This document shows, piece after piece, positions 17,740 to 23,737 of a DNA stretch of 24,857 nt. This stretch comes from a virus (taxonomy: Duplodnaviria > Caudoviricetes). The notes under the pieces are model-generated. The model worked only from the letters and a program-made list of their open reading frames with translations. It did no database searches and had not been told where the DNA came from. Position numbers and translations under genes: made by a program. How positions within the stretch are numbered: the stretch's first letter is position 1; the number at the start of each line of letters is the position of its first letter. Where the stretch lies: positions 1 through 24,857 of IMG/VR virus record IMGVR_UViG_3300046005_000527, one strand, 5' to 3'.

Positions 17740-18777
17740 ATGACAAACAATAATATTACTGCTGTATCTCTAGTTTCTGCTTTATTCATTGCTATTGACG
17801 CGCATCAATTAGCAGCCGACACCTTGAATTTAACTTATGTTAGCCGTGATGCAGCTTTGACGGCTATACGTGATGCAGGTTACACAAACGTGCAGGATGG
17901 GCGTAGTAAGGGTAAGGCAAAAAAAGCCGAAGTGCCAAACGATGCAGCGTTAAAAGACTTTTTTACAGGTCGCTTTATCATGGGCGTAAAAGAAAGGTAC
18001 GTAAAATCAGCCGAAGCAGCCAAAGCAGCTAAAGCCGAAGCCATGCCATACGTTGACCCTACTGACTCTCAGATATCCGCTAATCTAAAGCAGCAAATAT
18101 CAGCCTTAAATTACTACCTAAAAACTGGCACGTTCACTACCAATGCAGGTAGAGATATTGCAAAAAATGAGGCTTTAGAAACCGCAAAAATAATACAGAA
18201 AGCCGAAGCCATAGCAGCTACAGCAGCTAAGAAAGCCGAAGCCGAAAAGGCTAAACTGTTAAAAGCAGCAGCAGCGAAAGCCAAAGCAGCAGCCGAAGCC
18301 GAAGCACTAGCAGCAGCCGAAGCACTAGCAGCAGCCGAAGCCGCAGCTGAAGAGTTGTTAAAATCCGAAGAGTTAGCCGAAGCACTAGCAGCAGCCGAAG
18401 CCATGCCAATTAGCAAGAAAGCAGCCGCAGCCATTAAGAAAGCCGAAGCCGCTATACAGAGAGCAGCAGCCGAAGCCGCAGCCTTAAAGTTAGCGGATGA
18501 TAAAGCAGCAGCCGAAGCAGAAGCAGCAGCCTTAAAGTTAGCAGCCGAAGTTAATGCAGCCGCAGCCGCAACAATAGCAGCCGAAGCCGAAGCAATGAAA
18601 GCAGCCGAAGAATTAGAACGGCTTAAAGCCGAAGCAGCAAAGAAGAAAGAAAGCAATGTTAAAACCGACCCTAATGTAGTTAATAGGATTTTTAAAAATG
18701 CAATTGATAATCTAACAGAAAGCCAAGTTAGCGAATTGATCGAAAAGCTACAGGAATTTTTAGAAGCTAAAGACTAA
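17740..18777 (+). CDS. Ala/Glu/Lys-rich helical early protein, 345 aa
   Basis: TAGGA RBS, own promoter and own terminator. Central ~160 aa of AEA/AAK repeats (GCCGAAGC units) flanked by more complex N- and C-terminal regions. Confidence 0.8.
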   Translation: MTNNNITAVSLVSALFIAIDAHQLAADTLNLTYVSRDAALTAIRDAGYTNVQDGRSKGKAKKAEVPNDAALKDFFTGRFIMGVKERYVKSAEAAKAAKAEAMPYVDPTDSQISANLKQQISALNYYLKTGTFTTNAGRDIAKNEALETAKIIQKAEAIAATAAKKAEAEKAKLLKAAAAKAKAAAEAEALAAAEALAAAEAAAEELLKSEELAEALAAAEAMPISKKAAAAIKKAEAAIQRAAAEAAALKLADDKAAAEAEAAALKLAAEVNAAAAATIAAEAEAMKAAEELERLKAEAAKKKESNVKTDPNVVNRIFKNAIDNLTESQVSELIEKLQEFLEAKD

Positions 18778-18794
18778 GTTATACACGTATAACC
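18778..18794. repeat. Palindrome A, copy 2 (GTTATACACGTATAACC)
   Basis: Begins at the base immediately after the stop codon of 17740..18777. Confidence 0.85.
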
Positions 18795-18806
18795 TACCAA
18801 CTACGC

Positions 18807-18830
18807 AAGCCCCCGAAAGGGGGCTTTTTT
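18807..18830 (+). terminator. Rho-independent terminator
   Basis: GCCCCC-GAAA-GGGGGC-TTTTTT: a GNRA tetraloop followed by a U tract. Confidence 0.9.
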
Positions 18831-19032
18831 GTGCCCAAAATTTGCCACGCGGCAGAATTATGACTGGTGTTGGTTTACTAACGGTGGGAGGGGCGATTAC
18901 AGCTCGTCCGCATGTTCTTTACGCCACGCTTAGGGTCTAGGTGCTACATTGGTATTGCTCTATATATTATCGTGCCGTAGCGAGCGTTTTTTACTTTTAG
19001 GGGTTTCTGGGTGCACGTGCTCAAAGTCGGGT

Positions 19033-19541
19033 AAAATCCCATCGGTAAAGTAAAGGTCGATGCTCTGTATGCCACGTAGACTGCACTTGTGAAAGAGTCC
19101 GTCGCCCTAGATTTAGCAGAGGGTAGATTAAAAAGCTCATCGGTAAAGTAATTTAAACAAGGTCGCAAGTCAGGCAGGTCGTGAGGTGAAGAAAAAAGTA
19201 GTTCTATATATATTATTTATTAATAATAATAATAATAAGAGAAAAGTATTGGTTTTTTTTATTACTCCTTTACTTGTCTTTACTTTACTTGTCTTTACTT
19301 GTCAATAGAGATTTTTTTCTCGCGCTTTTTGCTCTCATTTATCCCAATTTTACCAAAACTGAAATCTAGGCGCACTCTTACCTCCACACAGCCTATTCTA
19401 TATAGTCTCAGACCTTGTTCAAATCTCTTTACGCATGGGATTTTAATATCGAGTTTTTTAAATCTAGACCGACGGACTCTTTCACAAGCACGAACTGCAA
19501 GGCATCTAGAACATCAACCTTTACTTTACCGATGGGATTTT
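19033..19541. repeat. Long imperfect inverted repeat (19033-19164 / 19411-19541) around an AT-rich core; candidate replication origin
   Basis: By hand count, the outer 83 bp align without gaps at 69/83 identity, including perfect 25-bp and 19-bp blocks. The core has (TAA)6 and CTTTACTTGT x3. Confidence 0.8.
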
Positions 19542-19668
19542 TCAAACGCCTTTTACTGCTAATTTTTGGCGTTTTTAGTGTTTTTTACCGTTAAGGAATA
19601 AGAACTAGCATAAAGGTAGGCATAAGAACTAACATAAACTTGGGTATATTGTACCCATAACAAAGTAA

Positions 19669-19698
19669 TTAACAGTATCATAAGAACCGTGATATAGT
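19669..19698 (+). promoter_or_regulatory. Putative extended -10 promoter for the RHH gene
   Basis: TTAACA-18 nt-TATAGT with TG at 19690-19691, embedded in an array of CATAA repeats. Confidence 0.4.
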
Positions 19699-19734
19699 AT
19701 TACCTCACCTTGACATTAAAACAGGAATAACATT

Positions 19735-20016
19735 ATGCATAAGAACACGAATAACAAACAGGTATCTTTTAAGGTAGATTCTAATGTCTATGCGGTATTA
19801 AAGGTATATGCCGATTTGGACGAAAGGTCAGTGCGTAATTGGTTCGAACGCTACATAAAATCTACATTCGAAAAGGAGTATAACTCACTCCTAAATGGCA
19901 TTAAACCTGACATAAACACTGGCATTAAACCTAACATAAATACTAACTCTGGTTGGGCTAAGATTGACCCCGATGAGACATTACACGGACTGGTAGATAG
20001 GACTTGGGAGGATTAA
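19735..20016 (+). CDS. Ribbon-helix-helix (Arc/CopG-like) DNA-binding protein, 93 aa
   Basis: KQVSFKVD beta-strand, then SNVYAVLKVYAD helix and RSVRNWFERYI helix. AGGA RBS. Tandem 24-bp repeat encoding GIKP(D/N)INT. Confidence 0.65.
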   Translation: MHKNTNNKQVSFKVDSNVYAVLKVYADLDERSVRNWFERYIKSTFEKEYNSLLNGIKPDINTGIKPNINTNSGWAKIDPDETLHGLVDRTWED

Positions 20017-20018
20017 CA

Positions 20019-20966
20019 ATGGAGACTAACGAGATGATGCGTAGTATGCATACTACGCCCTTACTGACACAAGAACAGCTTCAAACTGCTATTTATTACG
20101 ATGCAGACACAGGTAGTTTTGAGAGGAACGAGGGGATACTAGCGGGTAAGTTGGTAAAAATTCAAACCCAAACACCTAAAAAACTGCGTAAGCAGAACAC
20201 AGGGACGTTGAAAGTAAGAGCTAAAAACTACAAATTAACTGCACCAACTGGCTATAATATTATTACTGAGAGGCGGTATACAGATGTTATAGCGAGTGGT
20301 GAGCCTGCATTTAAGCGGTATTATGCAACACGAAACCCAGACTTAACCTCTATTTATGCAACAGTAATCCACACCTATTATCTACTGCCTGTACCTGCAT
20401 CTAAAGGCTACCCAATGGTAACAATACTGGGTAAGAAGTACCCAGCTCAACAGATAGCTTATTTATGGATGGGGGCAGGTGGTGATTGGGACTACTCTCA
20501 AGGGTTAGATAATGTGCAAAGGATACCAGAGCACATAACAAGTGCACCTCATGGCTTAAAGTATTACTGCCCGATAACTAATAAGCCCAAGCGTGTCCCA
20601 TGCAGGGATGGTAATAAACTAAACTTAACATGGGACAATATTAAACCTAACATAATCCCCAGCTCACAGATAGCTAAAGACCCGACAACAGTTAAGAAGA
20701 AGAAGCCAAAACGTACACTACGGAGGGCTTACAGCTATGCACTTAATATAGTAGGGTCTGATGGTGCTTATACGCTTAGATTTATGGGTAGTAAGCCTTT
20801 TTATGCGTGGACATGGGAGCAAGCCTGTGCAGAGTTTGACAAAAGACTAAGTGAGATGCGAGGCGTTAAGCAGATGCTACGTGATGGTAAAGTGCTAGTG
20901 AGCAGTCATAAGGTAGACTTGACAAGGAGCGTAAAGAAGCGTATAATAGATTTAGAAGTTGAGTAA
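20019..20966 (+). CDS. Degenerate HNH-endonuclease-like protein with large insertions (start revised to ATG 20019)
   Basis: GGGAGGA RBS at 20006-20012. LTQEQL...YDADTGSF, KGYPMVTILGKKYPAQQIAYLW and CRDGNKLNLTWDNI align to the HNH at 23180 but lack its His residues. Confidence 0.6.
   Translation: METNEMMRSMHTTPLLTQEQLQTAIYYDADTGSFERNEGILAGKLVKIQTQTPKKLRKQNTGTLKVRAKNYKLTAPTGYNIITERRYTDVIASGEPAFKRYYATRNPDLTSIYATVIHTYYLLPVPASKGYPMVTILGKKYPAQQIAYLWMGAGGDWDYSQGLDNVQRIPEHITSAPHGLKYYCPITNKPKRVPCRDGNKLNLTWDNIKPNIIPSSQIAKDPTTVKKKKPKRTLRRAYSYALNIVGSDGAYTLRFMGSKPFYAWTWEQACAEFDKRLSEMRGVKQMLRDGKVLVSSHKVDLTRSVKKRIIDLEVE
20039..20058. repeat. Palindrome B, copy 1 (GCGTAGTATGCATACTACGC, perfect 20 bp, intragenic)
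   Basis: Perfect self-reverse-complement, within codons 7-14 of the 20019 ORF. Confidence 0.9.
20919..20947 (+). promoter_or_regulatory. Consensus sigma70 promoter P2
   Basis: TTGACA (20919-20924)-17 nt-TATAAT (20942-20947), inside the 3' end of the upstream ORF. Confidence 0.85.
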
Positions 20967-21020
20967 AGCGTAAAGAGTCATCCCCTTAAGGGATTGAGTA
21001 GAGGTAAGCGGCAAACCATC

Positions 21021-21038
21021 CGTAGTATGCATACTACG
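21021..21038. repeat. Palindrome B, copy 2 (CGTAGTATGCATACTACG)
   Basis: Perfect 18-bp palindrome in the 5' leader of 21072..21665. Confidence 0.9.
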
Positions 21039-21071
21039 CTAACACACATAAACCTTAAATAGGACAACGAC

Positions 21072-21665
21072 ATGAAATATAAAGACTTAAGCATTGAGGC
21101 TAAGCAAGTAGCCTTAGAACACCACTCGAATAATGCGGCAGACTATGAGTGGGATGAGGATATTAAAGCGGATTGGGTAGAGAAGTTAGAGAGTGTGGGT
21201 ATCTACACAGATATAAATAGTATTACGTGGACAGGCTTCTGGTCACAGGGGGATGGTGCATCATTCACAGGCAGTATTAATTTAAAAGAATTTCTTGAAG
21301 CTCACCCCGATATAAAAAATAACAATCGAGCCTTATATATAACAACAATCCCTTTTAATGGGGAGGCTCAGTGCGATTGGTACATAGACTTAAACAAATC
21401 AAGTAGCCGCTACCACCACGAACATACTGTGGGTATAGATGTATCAGATAGGGGATGTACCCTGACAGATGAGGATGAAATGGAATCCCTATGGGTAGAT
21501 GCAGAAGAAGAGATACTCGACCAATGTCGTAGATATATGAAGGACATATATAGGGCATTAGAAACAGAGTATGAGTATATTACAGGAGAGGAAGCTCTTA
21601 TCGAGAGGGATGCTGATTATGCCGAGGATGGGCAGGAGACGATTTGCTTTGGGGAGTTCCTATGA
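21072..21665 (+). CDS. Acidic early protein with a GFWSQGDGASF motif, 197 aa
   Basis: TAGGACA RBS. Very Asp/Glu-rich. Motifs DLS.EAK..A, W.GFWSQGDGA.F.G, RY.HE and IYRALE.EYEY recall a mobile-element family of unverified function. Confidence 0.75.
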   Translation: MKYKDLSIEAKQVALEHHSNNAADYEWDEDIKADWVEKLESVGIYTDINSITWTGFWSQGDGASFTGSINLKEFLEAHPDIKNNNRALYITTIPFNGEAQCDWYIDLNKSSSRYHHEHTVGIDVSDRGCTLTDEDEMESLWVDAEEEILDQCRRYMKDIYRALETEYEYITGEEALIERDADYAEDGQETICFGEFL

Positions 21666-21889
21666 TAGGTATCTGCTGGGCACGGACGGACAAAGACCCT
21701 ACTACCCCAAACCTAACTAAGGGTAAGTGGTATATGAATACCAAGTGGGATGAGGAAGGATCTGTTATGTGGATTGCTAATGATGTGGGGAGTGAGTGCC
21801 TCATAATACTGGAAGGGTTTGGTGCTCAGTGTGCCTACCTGCAATCAGGAGATGTATGGGAGGTAGTAAGAGAACTACCTAAAGATTAA
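21662..21889 (+). CDS. Hypothetical protein, 75 aa (start revised to ATG 21662)
   Basis: ATGA overlap with the upstream stop. GGGGAG RBS. Confidence 0.6.
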   Translation: MIGICWARTDKDPTTPNLTKGKWYMNTKWDEEGSVMWIANDVGSECLIILEGFGAQCAYLQSGDVWEVVRELPKD

Positions 21890-22005
21890 AAAGAACAGCG
21901 TATATCGGATTGTGGCTGAGTCGTTATAACAACCGAGGCTAGAGGATGGGCAACCTATTAAATGATGTAACCCCGCCTATTGCTCTAGCACCCAACCAAC
22001 TTAAC

Positions 22006-22023
22006 CGTAGTATACATACTACA
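22006..22023. repeat. Palindrome B, copy 3, degenerate (CGTAGTATACATACTACA)
   Basis: Two mismatches to the consensus, in the leader of 22048..22257. Confidence 0.8.
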
Positions 22024-22047
22024 CACAACACACTATAGGACACGACA

Positions 22048-22257
22048 ATGAACAACTTAAACAAAACATTATTAACATTGGCACTCGTAGCTTTAAGCTC
22101 AGTTGCTACCTACGGCTGGATGGAACAGTCATATGTTAAATTAGAAGCTACAAAGTCAGGCACGTTTATTATCACTAAGGGGCACATCTACGAGCTAGTA
22201 GAGCTGGATAAGCCAGAGCCTTTTATTAACAGCTACAAGAATGAGGCAGTACGATGA
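22048..22257 (+). CDS. Small protein with an N-terminal membrane anchor/signal, 69 aa
   Basis: TAGGACA RBS. Hydrophobic LLTLALVALSSVATYGW segment. Confidence 0.65.
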   Translation: MNNLNKTLLTLALVALSSVATYGWMEQSYVKLEATKSGTFIITKGHIYELVELDKPEPFINSYKNEAVR

Positions 22258-22496
22258 ATAGTTTAATAAAGAGAAGTTTGGTATACACCACTGAAGACGG
22301 TAAAGTATTTAATAAAGCCTGTGATGCAGAGAACCACGTTAAGACAATGAACGTGATAGCGAATTGCTTTCTTAGTCAGGATGACTACAAGACTATCAGT
22401 ATGTTAGTTAGGGATTTTAAAATCGTTGAAAGAGACGAGGATGAGGAAGATTACTTTAAATATGAATGGGAGGGTAAAAAAAATGAACTTTATTAA
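22254..22496 (+). CDS. Hypothetical protein, 80 aa
   Basis: ATGA overlap and GAGG RBS. Contains Y.T.DGKVF. Confidence 0.65.
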   Translation: MNSLIKRSLVYTTEDGKVFNKACDAENHVKTMNVIANCFLSQDDYKTISMLVRDFKIVERDEDEEDYFKYEWEGKKNELY

Positions 22497-22638
22497 TAAA
22501 GACCAGCGGCAAAGGCAGGACTACCTTGATATGCTGGATAGGAAAGCAATACGGATTGAAGAGCATCGGGTTATAGTATTAGGGTGTGTGGCGTGTATGC
22601 TGACCATCGTGATGCTAGTATCAATAGGCTGCCTATAG
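22483..22638 (+). CDS. Small membrane protein, 51 aa (start revised to ATG 22483)
   Basis: GGGAGG RBS at 22468-22473. Hydrophobic C-terminal helix. Confidence 0.55.
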   Translation: MNFINKDQRQRQDYLDMLDRKAIRIEEHRVIVLGCVACMLTIVMLVSIGCL

Positions 22639-22653
22639 TACGTCTGACAGGGC

Positions 22654-22682
22654 TTGACAAGTAGGTTATAGTAGTGTATAAT
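22654..22682 (+). promoter_or_regulatory. Consensus sigma70 promoter P3
   Basis: TTGACA (22654-22659)-17 nt-TATAAT (22677-22682). Confidence 0.9.
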
Positions 22683-22745
22683 ATATCTTAGAAATTGAGT
22701 AAAGCAGGACGGTTTCACCACTACCGATTGAGTGGTTGCAGATAG

Positions 22746-22763
22746 CGTAGTATGCATACTACG
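22746..22763. repeat. Palindrome B, copy 4 (CGTAGTATGCATACTACG)
   Basis: Perfect 18 bp. Abuts the GGGAG RBS of the next gene. Confidence 0.9.
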
Positions 22764-22773
22764 GGAGATAGAC

Positions 22774-23085
22774 ATGAGAAAGATTACTAAGGATGCTGCT
22801 GATTCATTTCATGCAGATAAGAATTTTAAACACAGTAACACACAAGTTATTGTAGAGGACGGTGTTACAAGGATGTATCTATTCGGCAATCTGATAGCAC
22901 AGCGTACCCCACTGGCTACTACCATAACAACAGACGGGTGGATGACCGACACAACTAAGGAACGGCTTAATGCACTTAACGGTGTGCATATCAATCAAGA
23001 GAAAGGCAAGTGGTATCTCAACGGTGAGCCTTGGAACGGTGACAACGTCATCATCGGTGCATTTGGTATTTTTAAATATACTTGA
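22774..23085 (+). CDS. Conserved hypothetical phage early protein, 103 aa (start revised to MRKIT at 22774)
   Basis: GGGAG RBS. Contains SNT.V...L.GNLIA...GW.T.TTKERLNAL. Confidence 0.7.
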   Translation: MRKITKDAADSFHADKNFKHSNTQVIVEDGVTRMYLFGNLIAQRTPLATTITTDGWMTDTTKERLNALNGVHINQEKGKWYLNGEPWNGDNVIIGAFGIFKYT

Positions 23086-23091
23086 TATAAT
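23063..23091 (+). promoter_or_regulatory. Putative extended -10 promoter for the HNH gene
   Basis: TTGGTA-17 nt-TATAAT with TGn immediately upstream of the -10. Confidence 0.6.
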
Positions 23092-23096
23092 GGTTT

Positions 23097-23160
23097 TGTG
23101 CCTAGGGGTTGCTCCCGAACAATAGATTGAGCGTCTATAGGGCACATACCTTTCAGCTCA
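23097..23160 (+). ncRNA. Candidate structured RNA leader (three-way junction plus possible pseudoknot)
   Basis: Stems 23097-23102/23141-23146, 23105-23108/23113-23116 and 23122-23126/23134-23138. Loop TGAGC is complementary to GCTCA at 23156-23160. Confidence 0.45.
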
Positions 23161-23179
23161 TACCTACTCAGAGGTTGAC

Positions 23180-23665
23180 ATGCAAGACATCAAAGAACAT
23201 TTATCGTATGACCCACTCACTGGTGAGTTCACTTGGCTTAAACCTACAGCTCATCGTGTAAAGGTTGGGGATACCGCAGGGTATATACATAGTAGGGGGT
23301 ATGTACATATAAACTATAAAGCTAAACCTTACAAAGCACATAGATTAGCGTGGGTTTTACATTATGGGTTACTACCTAAGTATAAGATAGACCACATCAA
23401 CGAGATTAAACATGATAACCGTATCAGTAATCTTAGGTTAGACATACATAGGCAGAACAAACAGAATGTAACTATACCTTCTAAAAGTAATACATCAGGG
23501 TATACAGGGGTAAGCTTTCATAAAACCGCTGGTAAATGGGCAGCTAATATTTATAACAGGGATACTCAAATATACTTAGGGTTATACGACACACCAGAGG
23601 AGGCACATGAGGCATATCTTACGGCAAAGCGTGAGCTACATACATTCTGGGTAGAGAACAAATAG
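23180..23665 (+). CDS. HNH homing endonuclease with AP2-like DNA-binding domain, 161 aa
   Basis: YDPLTGEF, GY..I, AHRLAW and IDHINEIKHDNRISNLR motifs, then NTSGYTGV...KW.A.I...YLG.Y.T.EEA..AY. GAGG RBS. Confidence 0.9.
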   Translation: MQDIKEHLSYDPLTGEFTWLKPTAHRVKVGDTAGYIHSRGYVHINYKAKPYKAHRLAWVLHYGLLPKYKIDHINEIKHDNRISNLRLDIHRQNKQNVTIPSKSNTSGYTGVSFHKTAGKWAANIYNRDTQIYLGLYDTPEEAHEAYLTAKRELHTFWVENK

Positions 23666-23737
23666 AGCACCCATCATCAGCAGTCATAAGGCTTTCACCC
23701 CTAGCCTTTTAATAGGGGTTGTAGTTAGGAGAATAAC

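Noticed and set aside
18114-18656. 180-aa antisense ORF
   Set aside because: It is the shadow of the GCN-rich repeat gene on the plus strand, which has the promoter, RBS and terminator.
19033-19541. Inverted repeat as a protelomerase site, IS/MITE ends or assembly artefact
   Set aside because: The arms are diverged and separated by 246 bp, unlike a telRL palindrome or an artefactual exact copy. No transposase or target-site duplication is evident.
18944-19562. ORFs 18944..19168 (-) and 19299..19562 (+)
   Set aside because: They have non-ATG starts and no RBS, and they overlap the inverted-repeat arms and low-complexity tracts. The region is better explained as non-coding.
20039-22763. Palindrome B copies as a CRISPR array or integron attC sites
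   Set aside because: Copies are 740-985 bp apart with whole genes between them, are only 18 bp long, and lack attC RYYYAAC/GTTRRRY ends. No cas or integrase gene is in the window.
20901-23691. 13-bp direct repeat AGCAGTCATAAGG (20901, 23679)
   Set aside because: A few exact 13-mer matches are expected by chance in 25 kb, and shorter versions also occur inside coding sequence.
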